Positions 11,501 through 18,827 of a stretch of 59,131 nt of DNA are shown in pieces (within the stretch, counting starts at the first letter, position 1; every line of letters begins with the position of its first letter). Under the pieces are notes generated by a model. That model was not told the DNA's origin, did no database searches, and saw only the letters and a program-made list of their open reading frames with translations. The stretch lies in IMG/VR virus record IMGVR_UViG_3300034283_001738, positions 1-59,131 of that record. The stretch is one strand, 5' to 3'. This DNA comes from a virus (lineage: Duplodnaviria > Caudoviricetes). The translations under genes were made by a program, and so were the position numbers.

Positions 11501-12345
11501 GCTATGCATTCCTTTATTGGAGAGATTCAATTTCAGGAGATTTTATTAATCAAGTTTCTGATGGAGGAAGTTTTGTACCTTCTGGAAATACAACTTTTTA
11601 TGCTAGATGGTCTCAAAATACATTCACATACTATGTTGGAACTTCAACATGTAATGTTTTGTCGGGATGTTATTCATCATTACCTTCAGCAAGCGGACCA
11701 TTTAATGGAGTTGGATCTATGCCGACTGATATTACAGAGGGCCCATCTAACGCTAGAGTAAAAACTGTTTATAGATCTACTTATGCTGATGCACTTGCTG
11801 CGGCTGCCAATGCATCTTGTGTTAATTGCACACCAGCACCGTTCTTCCCGCCCTTCTTCCCACCATTCTTCCCACCGTTCTTCCCTCCATTTTTCCCTCC
11901 GTTCTTCCCACCATTCTTCCCAGCACCAAGTGTTTACTATATAGGAACTTCTACATGCAACGTATCATCTGGTTGCTACTCTAGCCTTCCATCTGTTAGT
12001 GGGCCATTTAACGGAACTATGCCATCAGATACCACAACTGGAGGAACAACTGCCAGAGTTAAAACTGTATATAGATCTACACAGGCAGAAGCGTTATCAG
12101 CAGCAGCAAACGCATCCTGCATTAGCTGCGCCCCAGCACCGTTCTTCCCTCCGTTCTTCCCACCGTTCTTCCCGCCAACATTTGGTCCGTTCTTCCCACC
12201 GTTCTTCCCACCGTTCTTCAAAGCACCAGCACCGTTCTTCCCTCCATTCTTTGGTCCGTTCTTCCCACCATTCTTCCCACCAACATTCGGACCATTCTTC
12301 CCACCAACATTTACAACCCCATTCTTCCCAGGATTTGGATACTAA
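8563..12345 (+). CDS. Tail fibre/adhesin with InlB B-type repeats, duplicated Cys module and (PPFF)n tracts
   Basis: 1260 aa. Repeats of YTVTxNANGG...LPTPxRxGYxFxGWYT...ITLYAxW; C-terminal PPFF runs. Confidence 0.8.
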   Translation: MSWWRKNGPGEDSVSENGWIQIKSIWRKASPQDEANSNESQNPWVIDGWLKIKSAWRLDSIVNGVRNWVRIFSGTNLPTPKIPYTELYYIWPDGFETIDSPINGSSMYVTRGSWTEEPEEFRLRIQELAPGGTWSALYDFTKIYEEYLESQSTNKFPSDANAASRPVISKTKTRQGYKFRGRVDAKTPGGLENFYITPESMPRIDFYIADFIVYDEEADGATFSWSYAALATGNTVDDNLDIFSQKLNVYDELGELLMSIPVTTPTTTYILTSPLLEPNKIYSVELEVVGTDGYTETDDKTIDYAYVDLETIIDEPVNVTPPTLTLQSGTANKTGSTYRLSSGEWTNEPTEFRYQLELNNEAGTVLAYYPSSTGYTSETYFDYQFTSPTTSTVSGSVIASNGADSLPAYSNSIGPITQLQYTITYEELGGTVVSDDIVNAGSSVFLPTTSRQGYIFNGWYTEPLGGGTYVGGGGPTPTSYTPTESITLYASWTGIEYTVTWNKNDGTSDFTSDTVISGTTIYAPTPSSREHYNFTRWRNPQSGGDPIFLNAGDAWIVTYSFQFYAQWVAKTYTVTFNYGSGTGTPATRSVQYPGTVTLPTPDSNADYIFNGWYTGPNATGTFVGGSGPTPTQYQPTSNITLYADYTIAQRTITWNANGGTGGGTTGPFNAGTAHTAPSPGTRANYAFLYWRDSISGDYAFQVADGGTFIPPYSGMTFYARWSLNQYTVSYNGNGGTPTRTSDIVNAGSSITLPSASRDGYVLDGWYTAATGGTFLGNPGSSYTPSASVTIYARWSVITYTVTWNANGGTVNPTSSSGVLGQVVTAPTPTRDGYTFVYWRNPSSGDMLYNISAGANWSINGSITFTAVWSIAQYTVSFSANGGTVSPSSSTVNAGSSVTLPTPSRDGYSLNGWYTQSSGGTFLGQPGTSYTPTSSITIYAQWAITQYTINWNANGGTGGGTTGPFNAGTSHTAPSPGTRSGYAFLYWRDSISGDFINQVSDGGSFVPSGNTTFYARWSQNTFTYYVGTSTCNVLSGCYSSLPSASGPFNGVGSMPTDITEGPSNARVKTVYRSTYADALAAAANASCVNCTPAPFFPPFFPPFFPPFFPPFFPPFFPPFFPAPSVYYIGTSTCNVSSGCYSSLPSVSGPFNGTMPSDTTTGGTTARVKTVYRSTQAEALSAAANASCISCAPAPFFPPFFPPFFPPTFGPFFPPFFPPFFKAPAPFFPPFFGPFFPPFFPPTFGPFFPPTFTTPFFPGFGY
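9820..11610 (+). repeat. Eight tandem ~75-aa InlB B-type (Listeria-Bacteroides/Flg_new) repeats
   Basis: Units begin QYTITY, EYTVTW, TYTVTF, QRTITW, QYTVSY, TYTVTW, QYTVSF, QYTINW. Units 4 and 8 are closely similar at DNA level (~10520 vs ~11410). Confidence 0.8.
11629..12345 (+). repeat. Duplicated 4-Cys module, each copy followed by a PPFF tandem repeat
   Basis: YY(V/I)GTSTCNVxSGCYSSLPS...ANASCxxC at 11629-11829 and 11935-12129. PPFF tracts at ~11833-11928 and ~12130-12345. Confidence 0.9.
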
Positions 12346-12399
12346 ACTATAGACGATGTTCATCTTATATGATAAGATTATATAAAGGAGAAAGTTTAT

Positions 12400-12636
12400 A
12401 TGTCAGTTAAATGGGAAAAAATTAAAAGCTTTATTGATTCGGATGAGGTTAAACCATGGGATTTTTTGAATAGGTCAACACCCTATGCTTCTGACGAGGA
12501 GGCTGGGGAAAGATATTCTATATGCCTAGAATGTCCCGAACTTAGTAAATTGACTAAGAGGTGTAATGAGTGTGGGTGTTTTATGGCGGCAAAAACTAAA
12601 CTGAAGCTAGCCAAATGTCCATTAAATAAATGGTAA
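12400..12636 (+). CDS. Small Cys-rich metal-binding protein (DUF6171-like)
   Basis: CLEC...CNECGCFMAAK...CPLNKW; SD AAGGAG. Confidence 0.7.
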   Translation: MSVKWEKIKSFIDSDEVKPWDFLNRSTPYASDEEAGERYSICLECPELSKLTKRCNECGCFMAAKTKLKLAKCPLNKW

Positions 12637-12704
12637 TTATAGGGTATAATTTATCTTATGCTAAAATAGAGATTAATGCACGTTAGCATTAAAAAGGAGT
12701 AATT

Positions 12705-12920
12705 ATGACAACTTTATCAAATAGCGATAAGATAGTTATTATTGATCAAAAAATCAAAAATCTAGATTATCAAAGATATAGTGTGAATTTAGATATTCAG
12801 CTTGAAGGATCTGTATCTACACCAGATCAAGACAATTTAGATTCTTTAAATGTTAAGCTTTCAGATATTGTAACAAAGCTTGATATTTTAAACACCGAGA
12901 AAACTTCATTAATAGAGTAG
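12705..12920 (+). CDS. Hypothetical coiled-coil protein
   Basis: 71 aa; SD AAGGAG. Confidence 0.6.
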   Translation: MTTLSNSDKIVIIDQKIKNLDYQRYSVNLDIQLEGSVSTPDQDNLDSLNVKLSDIVTKLDILNTEKTSLIE

Positions 12921-12925
12921 GAAAC

Positions 12926-13108
12926 ATGACAACAAAAATAGAACTAGTTGTAACTGCACTTCAACAAAGAATTGGTGAGCTAGTTGCTAATTACGAAACT
13001 CAGATAGCCGTACTTAGAGCTGAGTTGACAGAACTATCTATGGAGAATGAAGCAAAAAAGTATTCTGACTCTTTAGAAGAAAAAATGGAACAGGTAAATA
13101 ATGGCTGA
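12926..13108 (+). CDS. Hypothetical coiled-coil protein (possible fibre chaperone)
   Basis: 60 aa with heptad pattern, in a tight operon. Confidence 0.55.
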   Translation: MTTKIELVVTALQQRIGELVANYETQIAVLRAELTELSMENEAKKYSDSLEEKMEQVNNG

Positions 13109-13526
13109 AGTTTTTAGAGATGGCGAGCCAGTAGATCCACAAAAGCTTAGAAGCTTACAGCAACAGATTACTGAATTAACCGCAACCGCCAACAACGCCT
13201 TTGACCTAGCCAATAGAACATCTGACGGCACAACAGAAACATTTCAATATATAACCCGTGCAGATTCTATTGAATTTACAAATTTAAAAAATGGTACAAA
13301 ATACGATCAAGGAATAGATGTAGGATTTATTGATGGTGATATAGTTTATACCACTGCTACACCAAGATACTCGAAGCCTGAATATTATAATGTTAATGTT
13401 TCCATAAGTGGGTCAAGACTATCTCCGACAATTAATGTTAGTCAAACTAATTCGGGAAAAAAGACCATGGAAAAGCTTTCTGTAGATTATATTTCTGTGG
13501 CAAAAAGAAAAGTAGAGTCTGCATAA
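13101..13526 (+). CDS. Hypothetical (tail-associated) protein
   Basis: 141 aa; overlaps the previous gene. Confidence 0.55.
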   Translation: MAEVFRDGEPVDPQKLRSLQQQITELTATANNAFDLANRTSDGTTETFQYITRADSIEFTNLKNGTKYDQGIDVGFIDGDIVYTTATPRYSKPEYYNVNVSISGSRLSPTINVSQTNSGKKTMEKLSVDYISVAKRKVESA

Positions 13527-13530
13527 CTAC

Positions 13531-13558
13531 TTGACAGCCTGACTGTTAATGCTATAAT
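13531..13558 (+). promoter_or_regulatory. Sigma-70-type promoter heading the replication module
   Basis: TTGACA-16 nt-TATAAT with extended TG; inverted repeat TTGACAG-N5-CTGTTAA over the -35. Confidence 0.65.
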
Positions 13559-13603
13559 TCAGTAAGCTTGAATATCCTTCTGGCTAAAATTAGTAAGGAA
13601 AAA

Positions 13604-14404
13604 ATGACAAACGACTTAAAATGGATGCTGTCATCAGATCAGCAGTTCCCATATCAAGATGATAAAGCAATCGCACTATGGTTTAAGGTAATGAAATGGT
13701 TTAAGCCAGATGTTGTAGACTATCTTGGAGACACAGACGATCAGGCTTGTTACAGCAAGTATACAGAAGGAAAATCGGCAGAGTTTCTTAATCTGCATAA
13801 AACCGATAGCAGAGATTTAATTGTTCCAATGATGAGGCATGAGGCAAAAGGTGCTCGTGATTTCTACACTAAAACAAGAGAGATGCTTCCAGACGCACAA
13901 TTATTTTCAGCATTAGGAAATCATGATGTTCGTATATTTAATTATATGGATGCTAAGCTCCCAGACTATCTAAATGATGTTACTCCAGAAACACTATGGA
14001 ACTTAGATTCATTGGGATATGAATATATTTATTATAATGAATTGCCCAAGCGCCGTTTTGGCGACATCCATGTTCATCATGGATTATCAATTGCTGATAC
14101 TGGTGCCGTAAGAAAAGATATGAACGATTTACAAATATCATTAATTCGTGGACATTCTCATAGAATTGCTTCACATCTTCAAACCTATGAATTGAGAAAT
14201 AATGGAGTTGGAGAAACAATTCGTGGCTATGAGATTGGGCACATGTGCGATGAAAAGGGGCCAGGGATGAAATACATGCAACACCATGATTGGCAAAAGG
14301 GGTTTGCAATTGCACACATTGTTAATGACTATCCACATATTCAAATGATCCATATTGCACCAGACTATTCATGCGTTGTTGACGGCAAGGTGTTTACATT
14401 ATGA
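13604..14404 (+). CDS. Calcineurin-like metallophosphoesterase
   Basis: Motifs SDQQ, GDTDD, GNHD, HHG, GHSH; SD AAGGA before ATG 13604. Confidence 0.85.
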   Translation: MTNDLKWMLSSDQQFPYQDDKAIALWFKVMKWFKPDVVDYLGDTDDQACYSKYTEGKSAEFLNLHKTDSRDLIVPMMRHEAKGARDFYTKTREMLPDAQLFSALGNHDVRIFNYMDAKLPDYLNDVTPETLWNLDSLGYEYIYYNELPKRRFGDIHVHHGLSIADTGAVRKDMNDLQISLIRGHSHRIASHLQTYELRNNGVGETIRGYEIGHMCDEKGPGMKYMQHHDWQKGFAIAHIVNDYPHIQMIHIAPDYSCVVDGKVFTL

Positions 14405-14589
14405 TGAAATGCAGTAAGTGTAGAGGTAGAGTTTTTGTGGACAGAGTGTTTTCTCAAAAACTCCATGTAGAATTGTTTTGCATAATGTGTGGAAAACGAT
14501 GGATGATAAACAAGGATACGAGTTCTTTAGGGCGATGGCTGGAACAGGCAGAAAAAAACAAGCTAAAAGATTTAGCTATTTCTTCTTAA
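14401..14589 (+). CDS. Small Zn-ribbon protein
   Basis: CSKC...CIMCG; ATGA overlap. Confidence 0.7.
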   Translation: MMKCSKCRGRVFVDRVFSQKLHVELFCIMCGKRWMINKDTSSLGRWLEQAEKNKLKDLAISS

Positions 14590-15014
14590 ATAACAAAATA
14601 CATAAAGTATTAAGTTCTTCAAGAGCAAAGGATGAACTCGTAGCATGGTGCTATCCAGATAAAAAGCGTGTGCTGTATTCATATTCTCAAGTTATAAAAA
14701 ATATGGAAAATGCGTATTCAACAAAACAGGTAGCACAAATACTAAATAAACATAAGATTACAATTGAAGATTATATTTTAGAGGGAAAGATACGGTATCC
14801 TCAAAAGGTATATCCTATTGGTAATCCAGAGAGTGATTGGTATAAGTTTATGTATAGCGAATCAGACATAATGGACATACATGAATTTATTTTAGAATCT
14901 GGTTACTCTAAGAACATGCCGTCAAAAAATGAGTTGAGGGCACTTCTCAAAAACAACATTATATTGTATACTAAGACTGATTCTGGATTTGTACCAGTAT
15001 GGAAGGCGGAGTAG
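14535..15014 (+). CDS. HTH (MerR/excisionase-like) DNA-binding protein
   Basis: YSTKQVAQILNKHKITIEDYILEGKI HTH pattern; start codon uncertain. Confidence 0.65.
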   Translation: MAGTGRKKQAKRFSYFFLNNKIHKVLSSSRAKDELVAWCYPDKKRVLYSYSQVIKNMENAYSTKQVAQILNKHKITIEDYILEGKIRYPQKVYPIGNPESDWYKFMYSESDIMDIHEFILESGYSKNMPSKNELRALLKNNIILYTKTDSGFVPVWKAE

Positions 15015-15121
15015 TGTCTGGACGGCTTGTTGTCTGTGATACATGTGGTAAAGAGATAGAATTGCGTTGGGGCATATTTGGCCACGACACATTAAATAGG
15101 CATAGAAAGGCGGAACATTAA
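15014..15121 (+). CDS. 35-aa C2H2-like zinc-finger micro-protein (not in ORF track)
   Basis: GTG start; MSGRLVVCDTCGKEIELRWGIFGHDTLNRHRKAEH; 1-nt overlaps with both neighbours. Confidence 0.65.
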   Translation: MSGRLVVCDTCGKEIELRWGIFGHDTLNRHRKAEH

Positions 15122-15330
15122 TGTCAGATAGAACTCAAGTTCGTGTAGATCTTTCATTTACTAGAAACTTAGGAAACTTTGAAAGTATAAAAATTGGAAT
15201 TGGCGTTGATGATTTTGTCAGAGACAATGAAACAGTTGATGCTGCCACAGAAAGAGTTTATAAGTTCGTAGAAAGCAAACTAATTGCAAAAACTCAAGAA
15301 GTTGAAGAAGAGCTAAATGGCAACAAGTAA
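15121..15330 (+). CDS. Phage hypothetical protein
   Basis: 69 aa; TRNLGNFESIKIGIG motif. Confidence 0.7.
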   Translation: MSDRTQVRVDLSFTRNLGNFESIKIGIGVDDFVRDNETVDAATERVYKFVESKLIAKTQEVEEELNGNK

Positions 15331-15631
15331 AGAACCATACATACTGCTTACTATCTACTCTGCACTTTATGAGCAAAAGTATGGCAAGAAACCTAGACTA
15401 AATAAATATAAAGAAAAGTGGGCTATGCAAGATGTACTAGACAGCATAGGTTTTGATCAGGCAAAAGACGTACTTAATTATTATTTTCGTACAGGCAAGC
15501 CTGGACACCCATTAAACTTTTTTTATAATAATTTTGATAGGCTAGAAGACATGATGATTCAGATAAATAAAGATGTGGCCAATCGGGCTCGTTTATTAGA
15601 ACAGACTAGAAAGCTGGTTGAAGAAGAGTGA
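15317..15631 (+). CDS. Hypothetical protein (upstream of helicase)
   Basis: 104 aa; overlaps both neighbours. Confidence 0.65.
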   Translation: MATSKEPYILLTIYSALYEQKYGKKPRLNKYKEKWAMQDVLDSIGFDQAKDVLNYYFRTGKPGHPLNFFYNNFDRLEDMMIQINKDVANRARLLEQTRKLVEEE

Positions 15632-16893
15632 ACACAGAAGCTGAATTAATTTCTGCGGTATGTAAGAATAAAGATATAAGCACCCTTCTTGCCGACAATG
15701 CTGATGACTTATTTACCTCACATAAAGATATTTGGGAGGGCTTAAAATCATATTATTATAAGTTTAGAGCAGTTCCAGAGGTTGGGATCCTGCAGGATAA
15801 ATTTAAGGATTTTGAACCAGTTCAAACTAAAGCAGAAACTGGATACTACCTAGACAAGCTAAAAAACGAATTTGTTTCTGCTAGGCTAAAAACAATCATG
15901 CTTCAGGCTGGCTCATCATTAAAAGAAGATGCAGCATCAAGAGTGCTTGGTGTCATGCAGGGCCAGCTAGCAACGCTTAGTAGATATACAAATAATGTTA
16001 GAGATGTTGATATTACAGATATTGAGTCTGCTGAAAGACACTATCAGTCAGTTAAAGACAGATCTACTGCAATGGGTGGAAGCCCAGGAATACTTACTGG
16101 CTTCGATGCAATAGACAAGGCCTATCCCACAGGAATGGCTCCAGGACACCTTATAGTAGCCATAGGATGGCCAGGAAGAGGAAAGACATGGTTTACCTCC
16201 TATTTGGCATGCAAGGCCTGGGAGCAGGGCTTTAAACCAATGATTGTTTCCTTGGAGATGGCTCCAGAGAATATGCGTGACCGTATTTACACAATGCTTG
16301 GTTCGGGATTATTCCGTGCCAGTGATTTATCAAAAGGAGATATTAACTTAGATGATTTCAGATCATGGGGGCAAAAAAAGACGGAGGGAAAGAACAGCTT
16401 TATTCTTGTTTCTAATGAGGGCACAGCAGAAGTCACACCTTCAACAATTCAAGGAAAGATTGATCAGCACAAACCAGATTTAGTTATTTTGGATTACCAT
16501 CAATTATTTAATGATAACAAGAGAAGTAATTCTGAAGTTGAAAGAAATCGAAATATTTCTAGAGATTTTAAACTTCTTGCAGTAACAAATAATATTCCCA
16601 TTATAGATATTACTGCTGCAACTGCTGATGATATATCAGATCAGGATGAGCCACCTATGATGAGCCAAGTCGCTTGGTCCAAGGCTATTGAATACGATGC
16701 TGATATGGCTATAGCTATTCATAAGCATGCAAATACCGACATGATTGAGGTTGTATCTAGAAAGAATAGACATGGTCAAGACTTTAGGTTCTTTTTAGAC
16801 TGGGATATTAATCGTGGTGTTATTACTCCTATTTATGAAAATTTACCAGAATTAAACAATGACTCACAAGAAAATAAAAAGATTTCAAATTAG
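15628..16893 (+). CDS. dnaB: Replicative DNA helicase, DnaB-like
   Basis: Walker A GWPGRGKT, SLEM, ILDYHQL, IEYDAD, KNRHG. Confidence 0.93.
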   Translation: MNTEAELISAVCKNKDISTLLADNADDLFTSHKDIWEGLKSYYYKFRAVPEVGILQDKFKDFEPVQTKAETGYYLDKLKNEFVSARLKTIMLQAGSSLKEDAASRVLGVMQGQLATLSRYTNNVRDVDITDIESAERHYQSVKDRSTAMGGSPGILTGFDAIDKAYPTGMAPGHLIVAIGWPGRGKTWFTSYLACKAWEQGFKPMIVSLEMAPENMRDRIYTMLGSGLFRASDLSKGDINLDDFRSWGQKKTEGKNSFILVSNEGTAEVTPSTIQGKIDQHKPDLVILDYHQLFNDNKRSNSEVERNRNISRDFKLLAVTNNIPIIDITAATADDISDQDEPPMMSQVAWSKAIEYDADMAIAIHKHANTDMIEVVSRKNRHGQDFRFFLDWDINRGVITPIYENLPELNNDSQENKKISN

Positions 16894-17149
16894 TGTAGAG
16901 TTTTTAGATGACTCCGACATTATTAGGATTAAAAATCAATATGAAAATTTATTGACTGGGCAGATGCGTGACTCTGGGTACATTAGAATGCTTGACATAG
17001 ACCCAGCCTTTTCGGTAGAATTCACGGGTGAAACATGGAAGTTTTTAATGACTATCCATGGAGTTTATGTGGGAAAGAGGAAGGCATGGCAATTAGAGGG
17101 TATAACTCAAAACAAGTTAGTCAAACGGAATACACGCCAGCCCATATAA
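16859..17149 (+). CDS. Hypothetical protein
   Basis: 96 aa between helicase and primase. Confidence 0.65.
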   Translation: MTHKKIKRFQISVEFLDDSDIIRIKNQYENLLTGQMRDSGYIRMLDIDPAFSVEFTGETWKFLMTIHGVYVGKRKAWQLEGITQNKLVKRNTRQPI

Positions 17150-18084
17150 AGTCAGTAATTAAAAGCTTAGGCGTAGAGATTGTCGGAGAGACTGGAAATG
17201 ACTTTCTGGCATATTGTCCATTTCATTCTAATAGACATACACCAAGCTTTAGTGTAAGCAGAACAAAAGGCGCCTATATTTGTTTCAACCCATCCTGCGG
17301 AGAATCTGGAACAATAACAGACTTGGTTAAAAAATATTTAGATAAAAATGATTACGAGTCGCTTAGATATATTGAATCTAAACAGATTGAGTCTGTAGAA
17401 AATTTTGATGATGAACTAAAATCAATGTTTGAAGACAAGCCAGACTTTGTTGAGTTTTCACAGCAAACATTAGATGAGTTATATGAAAACCTTGGAAAGA
17501 ATAAACATGCACAAGAGTATCTTGAGCATAGAGGTATTATGGTGGATTCGATGCATTATTTTAAACTAGGCTATTCTTCTAATTTGGGAATGGTTACTGT
17601 CCCAGTTCATAGTCCAGACGGTATTCCAGTTGGCTTAGTTGGTAGATCAATATCAGAAAAAAGATTTAAGAATAGTAATAATTTGCCAAGAAGCAAGACT
17701 ATGTTTAATATTCATAGAGCAAAGCGTGTAGGAGAAAAAGTAATTATTGTCGAATCTACATTTGACGCAATTAAAATACATCAGGCGGGATTTCCAAATG
17801 TTGTAGCCACACTTGGAGGACACATATCTCATGATAATATTAAATTACTTAATAGATACTTTAATACAATTATATTAATGACAGATGCAGATATAGCTGG
17901 AAGAGAATTAGGTATGTCAATTGCCTCTAAATTAAAAAACAAAAACATCTTGTGGGGATCTTATTCATATGGTAAGATATATCCTGATGGTGCAAAGGAT
18001 GCAGGTGATATGTCTGATAAAGACATAAAGGCATGTATAGATAACGCAGTTTCCGATTTCGAATATCGATCTTGGAACCCATGA
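17086..18084 (+). CDS. dnaG: DNA primase (CHC2 Zn finger + Toprim)
   Basis: CPFH...TPSFSV...CFNPSC; IIVESTFDA; DAD; KDAGD. SD GAGGAAGG before ATG 17086. Confidence 0.9.
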   Translation: MAIRGYNSKQVSQTEYTPAHIKSVIKSLGVEIVGETGNDFLAYCPFHSNRHTPSFSVSRTKGAYICFNPSCGESGTITDLVKKYLDKNDYESLRYIESKQIESVENFDDELKSMFEDKPDFVEFSQQTLDELYENLGKNKHAQEYLEHRGIMVDSMHYFKLGYSSNLGMVTVPVHSPDGIPVGLVGRSISEKRFKNSNNLPRSKTMFNIHRAKRVGEKVIIVESTFDAIKIHQAGFPNVVATLGGHISHDNIKLLNRYFNTIILMTDADIAGRELGMSIASKLKNKNILWGSYSYGKIYPDGAKDAGDMSDKDIKACIDNAVSDFEYRSWNP

Positions 18085-18116
18085 TATAATGGAAATACAG
18101 ACGGATATATACCGTC
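18082..18116 (+). promoter_or_regulatory. Extended -10 promoter plus 5' leader hairpin
   Basis: TGATATAAT, then GACGG-atatata-CCGTC, then SD AAGGAG. Confidence 0.5.
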
Positions 18117-18138
18117 AAATATATTAAGGAGATATAAA

Positions 18139-18807
18139 ATGGGTATAGTAAAAGGTCTAAAAGACTTAAACAAAGCATTAGATAAACCTCAGTCAGTAAG
18201 TGGCGAAGGAAGCAAAGCACGGTGGGTAAAACTTGAAGACGGAGAAAGCATTAAGATTAGATTTCTTCAAGAGTTAGATCCAGATTCACCAACATATAAC
18301 GATAAGTGTGGATTAGGTTTTATAGCAGTAGAGCACACAAATCCAAAAGATTACAGAAGAAAGCTTTTGTGTACAATGGAAGATCAAGGAAAGTGCTGGG
18401 GCTGCGAACAACATAGAAAAGATTATAAGGCAGGCTGGAAGGGTCGCTCACGACTATATATTAATGTATTGGTTGATGATGGAAAGAATGACCCTTACGT
18501 AGCAATATTGTCTCAAGGTTCCAGTGGAAAAACAGTCACTCCGACATTAATAGAGTATGCTGGAGAAATGGGATCTATAACAAACCTAATGTGGAGAATT
18601 AAAAGAACTGGTACAAAAACAGATACAAGTTATACAATTATTCCACTAGCAAAAGACGAAGAGCAGTTTGACAGTTCTTCTCTAGAACTGTACAAGTTAG
18701 AAGAAACTGCAGTTCGTGATATGAAGTATGCAGATCAAGAATCCTTCTTTAATGGAGAAGGCGGTTCCGAGGAGCCAGAGTCTACATCAACAGATGTAAC
18801 TTGGTAA
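18139..18807 (+). CDS. Phage ssDNA-binding protein (gp32-like)
   Basis: KLEDGESIKIRFLQE, H/C Zn ligands, IKRTGTKTDTSY and an acidic tail. Confidence 0.7.
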   Translation: MGIVKGLKDLNKALDKPQSVSGEGSKARWVKLEDGESIKIRFLQELDPDSPTYNDKCGLGFIAVEHTNPKDYRRKLLCTMEDQGKCWGCEQHRKDYKAGWKGRSRLYINVLVDDGKNDPYVAILSQGSSGKTVTPTLIEYAGEMGSITNLMWRIKRTGTKTDTSYTIIPLAKDEEQFDSSSLELYKLEETAVRDMKYADQESFFNGEGGSEEPESTSTDVTW

Positions 18808-18827
18808 TTTAGAAAGGCGGAGAGTTA

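Noticed and set aside
11629-12129. Duplicated C-terminal module as a DGR template/variable repeat pair
   Set aside because: Both copies are in frame in one gene, differences include indels and non-adenine positions, and no reverse transcriptase is in the window.
11976-12363. Alternative-frame repeat ORFs (KNGG, WEER, HRSS)
   Set aside because: Shadows of the PPFF coding repeat with no initiation signals.
13507-13516. GAAAAGTAGA as a third copy of the 25-bp repeat
   Set aside because: Only 10 A-rich bases match, inside a coding region; compatible with chance.
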